A model generated the notes under the pieces. That model saw only the letters and a program-made list of their open reading frames with translations, ran no database searches and was not told the origin of the DNA. The translations under genes were made by a program, and so were the position numbers. DNA of 64,000 nt from an uncultured Flavobacteriaceae bacterium. GTDB lineage: Bacteria > Bacteroidota > Bacteroidia > Flavobacteriales > Flavobacteriaceae. The stretch covers positions 118,255 to 182,254 of the forward strand of contig CAWITX010000002.1 in NCBI GenBank assembly GCA_963839235.1, in the 5' to 3' direction. This document shows positions 48,768 to 58,068 of this stretch, one piece after another (position 1 is the stretch's first letter; each line of letters opens with the position of its first letter).

Positions 48768-49752
48768 AGATTACAACGACGATTTACACTTTAACAACCG
48801 AATACCCCTGGACGAGCTGAAAACGGCGGTTGACAGCATAAAAAATCAACTTTCAAAAATAATAATCGGGCAGGAAGATTTTATTGAGTTGCTCATCGTA
48901 AGCCTTTTGGCAAACGGTCATGTTTTGATTGAAGGCGTGCCGGGAATCGCGAAAACAATCACAGCAAAGCTTTTCGCGAAAACGCTAAAAACAGATTTCA
49001 GCAGAATTCAGTTTACGCCAGATTTAATGCCGAGCGACGTTTTGGGAACCTCGGTGCTGAATATGAAATCCTCAGAATTTGAATTTAAAAAAGGTCCAAT
49101 TTTTTCAAATGTTATTCTCATTGACGAGATAAATCGAGCGCCTGCAAAAACGCAGGCAGCACTTTTTGAAGTAATGGAAGAACGGCAAATTACAATGGAC
49201 GGCGAGCGGCATATAATGCAATATCCATTCATCGTGCTCGCCACCCAGAACCCAATTGAACAGGAAGGAACTTATGCCTTGCCCGAAGCACAACTGGACC
49301 GATTTCTTTTCAAAATAAAAGTGGGCTATCCCAATTTGGAACAGGAAATAACTATTTTAAAAACCCACCACGACCGCAAACAAATAATGCCCGAGACAGA
49401 AATTGAGGGCGTTTTAACACCGGAAGCATTAAAAACATTTCGCGCGCAAGTACAGGAAGTTTTAATCGAGGATAAAATTTTTAGCTATATCGCCCAGTTG
49501 GTAGATAAAACCCGAAACCATCCACATTTATTTTTGGGCGGTTCGCCACGCGCTTCACTTGCAATTATGAATGCCTCAAAAGCATACGCAGCTATAAATG
49601 GACGCGATTTCGTTACACCGGACGATGTAAAGAAAACGTTGGCACCCGTGCTGCGTCACAGAATTATCCTTTCGCCCGAACGCGAAATGGAAGGAATGAC
49701 ACCCGAAACCGTGATTGATATTATTACTCAATCTATTGAAATACCGAGGTAA
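48754..49752 (+). CDS. MoxR-type AAA+ ATPase
   Basis: Walker A GVPGIAKT, Walker B ILIDEINRA, VLATQNP and LPEAQLDRF motifs. Confidence 0.9.
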   Translation: MENPEDYNDDLHFNNRIPLDELKTAVDSIKNQLSKIIIGQEDFIELLIVSLLANGHVLIEGVPGIAKTITAKLFAKTLKTDFSRIQFTPDLMPSDVLGTSVLNMKSSEFEFKKGPIFSNVILIDEINRAPAKTQAALFEVMEERQITMDGERHIMQYPFIVLATQNPIEQEGTYALPEAQLDRFLFKIKVGYPNLEQEITILKTHHDRKQIMPETEIEGVLTPEALKTFRAQVQEVLIEDKIFSYIAQLVDKTRNHPHLFLGGSPRASLAIMNASKAYAAINGRDFVTPDDVKKTLAPVLRHRIILSPEREMEGMTPETVIDIITQSIEIPR

Positions 49753-49896
49753 AAATTTAGAATTCAAAGTTGAAAGTTGAATAAAAATCATTTAAAATTT
49801 GAAAAAAGTTAAAGCAACAAAAAATGTGGAACCCATTTCCAAAACAAGTCGTGGTTCTTGGCTCCCTTCTCTCTATTCTCTACTCTTAAATAGATA

Positions 49897-51233
49897 AATG
49901 CTAAAATTCCTAACATCCTTCTACCTAACGCCGCGATTTTTTTACGCGATGGCAGTGCTTTCCGCGCTGTTTCTATTTTCGTATTGGTGGGAATGGCTTT
50001 TTGGGATTATTTGGATTTTGGTGATGGGATTTGTCGGTCTTTCATTTTATTGGAAATAATAATGGTCTTCGGTAAAAATGGTTTGGAAGGCGAACGAATT
50101 TTGCCCGAAAAATTTTCGAATAGCGACAACAATCCTGTTTCAGTACTTCTCACAAACAGATATTCCTTCAAAATAAAGGTCGGTATTATTGACGAATTGC
50201 CAATTCAATTTCAGAAAAGGGATTTTTTCAAAACAATTTCCATCGCCGGGAAAAATAAAAATACCTTTCAATATGAAGTGCGGCCCGTGGATCGCGGCGA
50301 ATATATTTTCGGGAATTTGAATTGTTACGTTTCTTCTGAAATAGGCTTGATCCGGAAAAGATATACTTTCAACAAAGAGCAAATGGTGAAAGTCTATCCC
50401 TCATTCATCCAGATGAAAAAGTATGACTTTCTGGCCATCGACAATCGCATTTCACATATTGGGTTGAAGAAAATCCGCCGTATTGGCCACACTATGGAAT
50501 TTGAACAAATTAGGGAATATGTTGTTGGCGATGATGTACGAACGGTCAATTGGAAGGCATCGGGAAAGCACGCACGGCTGATGGTAAACCAATATCAGGA
50601 CGAAAAAATGCAGCCGATATATTCAATAATTGACACGAGCCGTGTGATGAAAATGCCTTTCAATGGGCTTAAAATTATTGGATTATGCTTTGAACAGCGC
50701 TCTCGCTTTTTCAAATATTGCATTGAAGAAAAATGATAAAGTTGGGTTGGTAGATTTTTCAAATAAAGCCTGGAAATATTCTTCCTGCGCAAGCGAAAAA
50801 AACATATTTGAACAATATTCTTGAAGTGCTCTATAATATTGATACCAAATTTTTGGATGCCGATTACGGGGTGCTGCAATCGTTGGTAAAGCGAAAAATC
50901 ACGCATCGAAGTTTGTTGATGCTTTATACAAATTTTGAACATATTTCATCGCTTCACCGGCAACTGCCCTATTTGCAGGCAATCGCCAAAAAACATGTTT
51001 TGGTGGTAATATTTTTCGAAAACACTGAATTGAAAATCCTCAGCAATTCGGAAGCAAGAAATCTTTCGGAAATAGTGGACCAAACAATTGCGCAACAATT
51101 TGAATTTGACAAAAAAATAATGGTGCGCGAACTGCAGCAGCGCGGTATACAAACAATATTGACTGCTCCGGAAGATCTCTCCGTAAAGACAATCAACAAA
51201 TATCTGGAAATAAAAGCGCGGGGACTTTTGTAA
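49897..51233 (+). pseudogene. DUF58 domain protein (MoxR partner), reading frame interrupted about 4 times
   Basis: The DUF58 core GHTMEFEQIREYVVGDDVRTVNWKASGKHARLMVNQYQDEK lies in ORF 49984..50736. The hydrophobic N-terminus (YLTPRFFYAMAVLSALFLFSYWWEWLFGIIWILVMGFVGLSF) and the segment LLDYALNSALAFSNIALKKNDKVGLVDFSNK are each in other frames, and the C-terminus is in ORF 50808..51233. Shifts fall near 49920, 50045, 50672 and 50765. Span 1337 nt minus a net 2 equals 1335, which is 3 x 445. Confidence 0.75.
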
Positions 51234-51337
51234 CATTTCGGTCGTGAAATTCGACATTTCGGAAACTGTTTTTTCCTTAAAAATATAAGTTTTGGGACAT
51301 TTGGTATATAAATCGAAAACACTAAAAACCTAGAATT

Positions 51338-51766
51338 ATGAAAACAATCATCATCACCTCCATCATTTTCTTATTTTCTTATTTTTTAAATGCCCAAACC
51401 GATTCCCCCTCCCCAGTGGAAGGCACCTCAATAACTGTGACCGTGCCTGTAAATAGCAGCGAAGGAAGCATTCTTGTTGGCCTTGATGACGAAGCCCACT
51501 TTATGCAAAAAGGACTACAAAGTGCCGAAGGTAAAATTGTGGATGGAAAGGCAACCGTGACTTTTAAAAACGTGGCGTCCGGAGAATATGCTATTGTTCT
51601 CTTTCACGATAAAAATAGCAACAAACAAATGGATTTCGATATGAACGGAATGCCATTGGAACCCTACGGTGTTTCAAATAATCCTATGAGCTACGGACCA
51701 CCGCAATGGAACGATGCAAAATTTGAAGTGAAAAGTGAGCCCATTGAAATGGAAATCAGGATGTAA
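51338..51766 (+). CDS. DUF2141 domain-containing secreted protein
   Basis: Signal peptide, then GEYAIVLFHDKNSNKQMDFDMNGMPLEPYGVSNN, typical of DUF2141. Confidence 0.75.
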   Translation: MKTIIITSIIFLFSYFLNAQTDSPSPVEGTSITVTVPVNSSEGSILVGLDDEAHFMQKGLQSAEGKIVDGKATVTFKNVASGEYAIVLFHDKNSNKQMDFDMNGMPLEPYGVSNNPMSYGPPQWNDAKFEVKSEPIEMEIRM

Positions 51767-51787
51767 ACCCTTTAAACATAAATTTTT

Positions 51788-51816
51788 AAAACCCGGATGC
51801 ATACCGGGTTTTTTAT
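51788..51816 (+). terminator. rho-independent terminator after the DUF2141 gene
   Basis: Stem aaaacccgg / ccgggtttt, followed by a T run. Confidence 0.7.
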
Positions 51817-51868
51817 TTTAAATATTTGATAGACTTAAATTTTGAATAAATTTTTCTGATATAAAAGG

Positions 51869-51876
51869 TATATTTG
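51869..51876 (+). promoter_or_regulatory. candidate Bacteroidota -7 promoter box (TAnnTTTG) for oxyR
   Basis: TATATTTG lies 18 nt upstream of the ATG at 51894. Confidence 0.35.
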
Positions 51877-51893
51877 TATAAATACTTTTTACA

Positions 51894-52832
51894 ATGACAA
51901 TCACCCAACTGAAATATGTTTTGGCGGTAGCCGAGCACCAAAATTTCACAAAAGCCGCGGAAAAGACATTTGTAACACAGCCAACGCTGAGCATGCAGAT
52001 TCAAAAACTGGAAGACGAGCTGGCCATTTTAATTTTCGACAGAAGCAAAAAACCAATTGAACTTACCAACGTTGGAAAAAAAATAGTGGAACAGGCCCGA
52101 AATATCGTAAACGAATCTGAGCGAATGCAAGATGTGGTTGACCAAGAAAAGGGATTCATTGGCGGCACTTTTAAGTTAGGGATGATTCCAACGGTCATGC
52201 CTACATTGTTGCCAATGTTTTTAAAAAATTTTTCGAATCGATATCCAAAAGTACAGTTGAAGATTGAAGAATTGAACACAGACGAAATTATCACAAAAAT
52301 TAATGATGGTTATTTAGATGCCGCCATTGCAGCAACGCCCCTCGAAAACGAAAAAATAAAGGAAAGGGTTTTGTATTATGAACCTTTTGTAGGATATATT
52401 CCGGAAAACCACCGGTTATTTTCTAAAGAAAAGTTGGATGTAAGCGATTTAGATATTGAGGATATTTTGTTGTTGGAAGATGGGCACTGCTTCCGCGATG
52501 GCATTATAAATCTATGCAAAACTTCAAAAAGTTTGGGGGAGGACAAATTTCAATTGGAAAGCGGCAGTTTTGAAACCCTTATAAAATTATCGAACGAAGG
52601 ATTGGGAATGACGTTGCTCCCCTATCTGCATACGCTGGATATTTTGCCTTCGCAAACCAAAAATTTAAAACATTTTAAGGAACCTTCCCCAGCGCGTGAG
52701 GTTAGCTTAATCTACAGTAAAAGTGAATTAAAATTGCAAATAATAAATGCTTTATACGATCTGATTTCGGCGGTAGTCCGCGGGGCAATCGCATTTCAGG
52801 ATGTAAAGATTATTAGTCCTACCAAGCAGTAG
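51894..52832 (+). CDS. oxyR: LysR-family hydrogen-peroxide-responsive regulator OxyR
   Basis: N-terminal HTH LKYVLAVAEHQNFTKAAEKTFVTQPTLSMQIQKLE. Redox Cys pair in LLEDGHCFRDGIINLC, with the spacing of OxyR C199/C208. Confidence 0.75.
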   Translation: MTITQLKYVLAVAEHQNFTKAAEKTFVTQPTLSMQIQKLEDELAILIFDRSKKPIELTNVGKKIVEQARNIVNESERMQDVVDQEKGFIGGTFKLGMIPTVMPTLLPMFLKNFSNRYPKVQLKIEELNTDEIITKINDGYLDAAIAATPLENEKIKERVLYYEPFVGYIPENHRLFSKEKLDVSDLDIEDILLLEDGHCFRDGIINLCKTSKSLGEDKFQLESGSFETLIKLSNEGLGMTLLPYLHTLDILPSQTKNLKHFKEPSPAREVSLIYSKSELKLQIINALYDLISAVVRGAIAFQDVKIISPTKQ

Positions 52833-52876
52833 CAGTTTTCAGAAATAAATTAATCACGAATAACCATTTTTATCAT

Positions 52877-52916
52877 AAAAAAAATTCCCTTTGAAAAATC
52901 AAAGGGAGTTTTTTTA
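52877..52916. terminator. bidirectional terminator
   Basis: 9-bp stem tccctttga / tcaaaggga, flanked by an A8 run and a T7 run. Confidence 0.65.
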
Positions 52917-53111
52917 TGGATTTAAATAGATTAGACATTGATTTAACTGTGGGTTCTGCTTGATGAGCGAATCGACCCAAACTTTAAGTTCCTCTATTTC
53001 ATAAGGAAGCAGTCTGGTCAATGCTTTTTTCAACTCTTTACAGAACAAATTGACGTCAAAACTTACTTTTGCAAGCACGGCTTTGGTGTAATCAAACATT
53101 GCTCTTGCCAT
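52914..53111 (-). CDS. small helical hypothetical protein (65 aa)
   Basis: Clean ORF with a terminator immediately downstream. No family recognised. Confidence 0.45.
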   Translation of the reverse strand: MARAMFDYTKAVLAKVSFDVNLFCKELKKALTRLLPYEIEELKVWVDSLIKQNPQLNQCLIYLNP

Positions 53112-53307
53112 AGCTAATTGAGATTGGATTAAAATTAGAGAAGTAGATTTCTACAATAGGCGAAGATTTTTTCAATTAAACTGTTTAAATATAACAAATA
53201 ATTTCGAATTATATTCTGTTTGGGATGGAATAAATTATTTTCTTTTTTTATGCACTAGATGCTCAATTGTTTAAAAGAAAGAAATCTCTAAACATTGAAT
53301 TTTGAAA

Positions 53308-53760
53308 CTATTTTACCTTTATGGTCCATTCAAATTCAAAGATAGACACCACATCACCGGCAGAATCAACTCCTTCAGATTTCATCCACAGGGTTTGCCC
53401 TTCTTTCATTTTAATTGTTTGTTCAATAGCTTGGGAAATTAAATGCCCGTCGTTGCAGGTAAATTGAATTCTTCCTTTTGCCTTTTTAAAAAAACTGCCC
53501 TTATTATTTGCCACAAGCATCGAGATATTTCTTCCGCTTTCCTTTATTGCAGCCATAACCATCGCCCCGGTACTTAGCTCCGCAGCCATCCCCTGCACTG
53601 CCCAAAACAAGGATTCAAACGGATTTTGATTGATCCAGCGATGCTTCACTGTGGTAACGCATATTGTATCCGTTATTGATCTTACCCGTACACCCATTAT
53701 GTAAGCGGATGGTAATTTAAACATTAAAAAGGTGTTGATTTTACTGTGAGTGAGTTTCAT
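53308..53760 (-). CDS. DUF4442 / hotdog-fold thioesterase-like protein
   Basis: 150 aa. The pattern NQNPFESLFWAVQGMAAELSTGAM resembles the DUF4442 family (PaaI-like hotdog fold). Confidence 0.6.
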   Translation of the reverse strand: MKLTHSKINTFLMFKLPSAYIMGVRVRSITDTICVTTVKHRWINQNPFESLFWAVQGMAAELSTGAMVMAAIKESGRNISMLVANNKGSFFKKAKGRIQFTCNDGHLISQAIEQTIKMKEGQTLWMKSEGVDSAGDVVSIFEFEWTIKVK

Positions 53761-53893
53761 TTCCTATCAATATTTTACGAAGATATTCATTAAATCCTTC
53801 ACATCCTATTTGTTAAATAAATGTTAATTATAGTACTATGCGTTACACACTACTATCTTTTAACCATATATTTGTATAAGAAAATAACAAGTT

Positions 53894-54391
53894 ATGGAAA
53901 CTACAATTTCTGAAAACCAAAAAAACACAAGTGCACTTATACACTTGTCCACCTTTTTAAAATACTTTTTTCCGTTCGCGAACTTTTTCGCCCCACTACT
54001 TATTTGGACATTCAATAAGGAAAAGCCTTTTGTTGACGAGCACGGGAAACAAGCGATCAACTTTCAGTTGAGCATATTGGTTTACATGCTTTTGCTCGGG
54101 CTGTTGTGCATTCCCTTCTTCCTCATTTTCGCCACTGATTTTGTTTCGTTAATTGAATCTATAGACCACCATGCCGGGGAATTTTCAATGAGCAATATTC
54201 AGAATCTTTCGGGGTATATCCTTTTATTCGGTTTGTTTATCCTATTGATGTTCGGACTTTTCATTTTTGAAATCTATGCGGTGGTAAACGCCTCAATACA
54301 TGCTTCGCGCGGCCTTCTTTACAGATATCCCCTTTGCATCCCTTTTATAAAGACCAACCTTAATCAATCACATAATGAGCACCTTAGTTAG
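53894..54391 (+). CDS. DUF4870 domain-containing membrane protein
   Basis: ALIHLSTFLKYFFPFANFFAPLLIW...EHGKQAINFQLS is the DUF4870 signature. Confidence 0.7.
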   Translation: METTISENQKNTSALIHLSTFLKYFFPFANFFAPLLIWTFNKEKPFVDEHGKQAINFQLSILVYMLLLGLLCIPFFLIFATDFVSLIESIDHHAGEFSMSNIQNLSGYILLFGLFILLMFGLFIFEIYAVVNASIHASRGLLYRYPLCIPFIKTNLNQSHNEHLS

Positions 54392-54545
54392 TTATCTTTT
54401 AGCGGCAATCCTTCAGTTTTTGAGCGTGGAACTTCCACCGGAAACGAATACAATTACGCATCTCGCAACTCATCAATGCGTGGAAAGTACCAACCAACTT
54501 CCTTATTCATTCATCATCAATAACGAACAGGAAATAATCAAGTAA
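54375..54545 (+). CDS. possible small ORF (56 aa) bridging the DUF4870 and PadR genes
   Basis: An ATG at 54375 overlaps the DUF4870 stop. It encodes MSTLVSYLLAAILQFLSVELPP... and ends 10 nt before the padR-like ATG. It is below the 60-aa cutoff of the supplied track. No other support. Confidence 0.25.
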   Translation: MSTLVSYLLAAILQFLSVELPPETNTITHLATHQCVESTNQLPYSFIINNEQEIIK

Positions 54546-54555
54546 ACAAAAATTT

Positions 54556-54894
54556 ATGAAAATCGAAAACACAAAAGCGCAGATGCGAAAAGGGGTTTTG
54601 GAGTTCTGCATCCTTTCCGTTTTAAAAGACGGCGAAGCGTATACTTCAGACATTCTTGAAACCCTAAAGGACGCAAAAATGCTGGTCGTGGAAGGCACAA
54701 TTTATCCGCTGCTCACTAGGCTTAAAAACGCGGGACTGCTTTCCTACCGTTGGGAAGAATCATCCAGCGGACCGCCACGCAAGTATTATGAACTTACCGA
54801 AACCGGTAGATTATTTTTAACAGAATTGAACGAAACCTGGGCAGAACTGCAACAGGCCGTTAACAAAGTAACCAGCGAAAAAAACACAAAATGA
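54556..54894 (+). CDS. PadR family transcriptional regulator
   Basis: GVLEFCILSVLKDGEAYTSDILETL...EGTIYPLLTRLKNAGLLSYRWEES...RKYYELTETG is the canonical PadR winged helix. Confidence 0.9.
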   Translation: MKIENTKAQMRKGVLEFCILSVLKDGEAYTSDILETLKDAKMLVVEGTIYPLLTRLKNAGLLSYRWEESSSGPPRKYYELTETGRLFLTELNETWAELQQAVNKVTSEKNTK

Positions 54895-56663
54895 ACAAGA
54901 CAGTAAATATAAATTTGGCAGGCACTTCATTTCATATAGACGAAGATGCCTTTGGGAAACTTTCGCGCTACCTGGATGCCATTAGAAAATCGCTAAAGGG
55001 TGCTGACGGAAGTGAAGAAATAATGCAGGATATCGAGGCGCGCATTGCCGAACTTTTTTCGGAAAAAGTGGAAACTCCCGCACAGGTGGTTACCCTAAAA
55101 ATGCTCGATGAAGTAATTGCGGTAATGGGACAACCCGAGGATTATGAGGTGGATGATGAACTTTTTGAAGATGTTCCGCCTTCTTCCGGAAAATATACCA
55201 AATCCCGAAGCTCAATTTCGAACAAGCAGTTATTTCGCGACGTTGACAACAAATATCTATCCGGTGTTTCCTCCGGCCTTGCCCACTATATCGGCATCGA
55301 CCCGGTTTGGATTCGTCTGTTATGGGTGCTTTTGGTATTTGCCGGAATGGGATCACCGATCATAGTTTACATACTATTATGGATTTTGGTGCCACCCGCG
55401 CTTACCACTTCGGAAAAACTGAAAATGACTGGTGAACCCGTGAACATTTCAAACATTGAACGAAAATTCAAGGAAGGATTTGATAATGTTGCGGACCGTG
55501 TTAAAAATGCGGATTACGACGAATACGGCAGAAAAGTGAGAAGCGGCGCTTCCGGCTTTTTTGATAGCCTGGGAAACGTAATCGTAACCCTATTTAAGGT
55601 ATTCGTGAAATTTCTGGGAGTACTCATTATCTTAGTTTCCCTATTCACATTAATAGGATTGATAATTGGCTTTTTCACCTTTGGCTCTATCGATTTTTGG
55701 GGAAATAATGAAGTAGCGGAATACATTTCTATGGTTGCCACCACCAACTTCCCGATGTGGCTAATCGCCCTATTGGCTTTGCTTGCCGTGGGTATTCCGT
55801 TTTTCGCACTTTTCATTTTAGGCTTAAAATTGCTTATCAGCAATCTAAAGTCGATGAGCTCCACTGTTAAAATTTCACTTATCGTACTTTGGGCGCTTTC
55901 AATAATTGGGCTATCGGTACTAGGCATAAAACAAGCTACGGAACAAGCTTTCGATGGCAATGTTATAATCGAAAAGAATCTTGCCATAAGCCCGGCAGAT
56001 ACCCTGCACTTGAGCATGCGTTCGGATAGTCAATATGGTTACGATGTGCGACAGGACAGCGGTTTGGAAATAAAGTACACAAAAGAGAAAAAAAGAATTA
56101 TATATTCCCGGAATATCGCGGTGACCATTAAAACTTCAAAAGATTCTGTTGGAAAAATGGTTATTGAAAAGAAAGCGGAAGGCACGAATTCCCTCGAGGC
56201 GCGCGATCGCGCAGAAGCAATTGAATATAATTTCGAAATGGAAAATAACAACTTGTTTCTCGATGGTTTTTTTATTACCGATACCGCCAACAAATATCGC
56301 GATCAAGAAATAGAAATCACCCTTTTTCTGCCGGAGGGAACTGTGGTTTATGCAGATGAAAATACTTCATCTTATTACGAAAGTGCCAATTATGATGAAT
56401 GGATAAATTGGAATAATGACGCCCATTATTTTAAGGTTTCGAAAAATAAGATTCAATGTATTGATTGTAATGAACGGGAAGATTCTTTCAACTCCACTGA
56501 TTCGCTGGATTTAAATAATTCCGAAAAAGAGGGCGACAGCCTTAATTACAATAAAAAAGAAAACTGGGAACAGCGTGTGGAGCGACAACTGAATGGAACC
56601 GGAAATAACACCGGTACCAGCGACAACAAAACCACAAAAACCTTAACTTTAACTATTGATTGA
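54891..56663 (+). CDS. PspC domain-containing membrane protein
   Basis: 4-nt overlap with padR. PspC domain LFRDVDNKYLSGVSSGLAHYIGIDPVWIRLLWVLLVF, followed by several TM helices and a large C-terminal domain. Confidence 0.85.
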   Translation: MNKTVNINLAGTSFHIDEDAFGKLSRYLDAIRKSLKGADGSEEIMQDIEARIAELFSEKVETPAQVVTLKMLDEVIAVMGQPEDYEVDDELFEDVPPSSGKYTKSRSSISNKQLFRDVDNKYLSGVSSGLAHYIGIDPVWIRLLWVLLVFAGMGSPIIVYILLWILVPPALTTSEKLKMTGEPVNISNIERKFKEGFDNVADRVKNADYDEYGRKVRSGASGFFDSLGNVIVTLFKVFVKFLGVLIILVSLFTLIGLIIGFFTFGSIDFWGNNEVAEYISMVATTNFPMWLIALLALLAVGIPFFALFILGLKLLISNLKSMSSTVKISLIVLWALSIIGLSVLGIKQATEQAFDGNVIIEKNLAISPADTLHLSMRSDSQYGYDVRQDSGLEIKYTKEKKRIIYSRNIAVTIKTSKDSVGKMVIEKKAEGTNSLEARDRAEAIEYNFEMENNNLFLDGFFITDTANKYRDQEIEITLFLPEGTVVYADENTSSYYESANYDEWINWNNDAHYFKVSKNKIQCIDCNEREDSFNSTDSLDLNNSEKEGDSLNYNKKENWEQRVERQLNGTGNNTGTSDNKTTKTLTLTID

Positions 56664-56685
56664 TTAACCATAAAACCAACTGATT

Positions 56686-57406
56686 ATGAAAACAAAAACA
56701 ATTTTAATAGCCCTTTTTGCGGCAGTTATTTTAAGTTCCTGCCATTTTAACTTCACCATCGGGGAAGACGGAAATGGAAATGTAGTAACCGAAGAAAGAA
56801 CCTTAAATTCAGATTTTGACCAGGTAAAAGGCAGCGCTGGACTGGAAGTACTTCTCACCCAAGGAGATGAGAATAAAGTAGTGGTAGAGGCAGACGAAAA
56901 CCTAATGCAATATATAGAAACCGACGTAGAAAACGGAATGCTACATATTACCACTTCGGAAAATATCGGAAGATCAAATTCCAAAAAAGTGTATGTAACT
57001 TTTAAAGCATCTAAATAAAGTTGAAGCCAGCAGCGGCGCAGATGTTCTTGGAAAATCAGTTATAAAAAGTGAAAATCTTTCCCTAAAAAGCAGTAGCGGG
57101 GCGCAGTTGAATTTAGATGTTTTTGCGCAGGACCTAACTGCTAAATCCAGCAGTGGTTCACAAATGAAGCTTTCAGGAAAAGCCTCTTCCCTAAAAGCAG
57201 ACGCTTCCAGCGGAAGTGAACTGGACGCACAGGAACTTTTGGTATTAAATTGCAACGCTGAAGCTTCCAGCGGTGCCGAGATTACGGTTAATGTAAAACA
57301 ACAATTGGAAAGCCACGTAAGTAGCGGTGGAAATATAAATTATTACGGAGATCCTGTTTCCGTTAACAAGAACAAAAGCCATTCGGGTAGTGTAAATAAA
57401 ATGTAA
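56686..57406 (+). pseudogene. DUF2807 / head GIN domain lipoprotein with one frameshift
   Basis: ORF 56686..57018 has the lipobox LSSC and ends ...VYVTFKASK*. The next frame continues HLNKVEASSGADVLGKSVIKSENLSLKSSSGAQLNLDVF into ORF 57107..57406. SSG-x repeats are typical of DUF2807. There is a single extra base near 57008. Span 721 nt minus 1 equals 3 x 240. Confidence 0.75.
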
Positions 57407-57556
57407 AGCTATCGACAAGTATTTATAGAAACCACAATATCCCGAATTTTAAAAAAGGCCTTTTTGGATGCGAATCCATAGAGACCTTTTTATTTTACAA
57501 AAATTTTAGGAAAAAGGAAATCAAAAATTGCGATATTAAAAATAAAAACAATTGTT

Positions 57557-58000
57557 ATGAAAAAACTACTCTTTATTTTATCCATCACTATTTTGGCTTC
57601 CTGCAGCAGTAACGATGATTCCGGCGACGTAAACGACGACCAATTTCAGAATATAGAAACCATTCTACCCCAGGGAACTTGGGAGGTGAGCTCCTACTTT
57701 GAAGGAAATACAGATAGAACCATGGATTTTGAAAGCTTCGTGTTCACCTTTGACCAAGACAACACTTTAAAAGCCAAAAATGATCTTTTCACGGAAAATG
57801 GTACGTGGGAATATCAAAATTCCGAGAGTAATCCGGATGGCAACGATGAAAGGTTATTGCTGGAGTTTGGGGGAACCACCCCTTTTGATTTGATAACTGA
57901 AGATTGGGGTATAATTTCTGTGAGCAGCACGAAAGTTGAATTGTCCGTAGCCAGCGGAAATAATGGAAAGGCGGAATTACTTACCTTTTCAAAACTTTAG
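57557..58000 (+). CDS. hypothetical lipoprotein
   Basis: Lipobox LASC after a signal peptide. 147 aa with lipocalin-like beta-rich composition. Confidence 0.55.
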   Translation: MKKLLFILSITILASCSSNDDSGDVNDDQFQNIETILPQGTWEVSSYFEGNTDRTMDFESFVFTFDQDNTLKAKNDLFTENGTWEYQNSESNPDGNDERLLLEFGGTTPFDLITEDWGIISVSSTKVELSVASGNNGKAELLTFSKL

Positions 58001-58013
58001 AAAATTTAAAAAA

Positions 58014-58053
58014 TAAAAAAGCCCTCTTCAAGAAAAGAAGGGGGCTTTTTTTA
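58014..58053. terminator. bidirectional terminator (lipoprotein / trxB)
   Basis: Stem aagccctcttc / gaagggggctt with one mismatch, flanked by A and T runs. Confidence 0.65.
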
Positions 58054-58068
58054 TTTCTAATAGTAAAA

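Noticed and set aside
49753-49896. A 21-codon mini-ORF (MWNPFPKQVVVLGSLLSILYS) in the MoxR-DUF58 spacer.
   Set aside because: It is too short and has no supporting signal. The region is more simply an intergenic spacer containing the caaagtt/gaaagtt word repeats.
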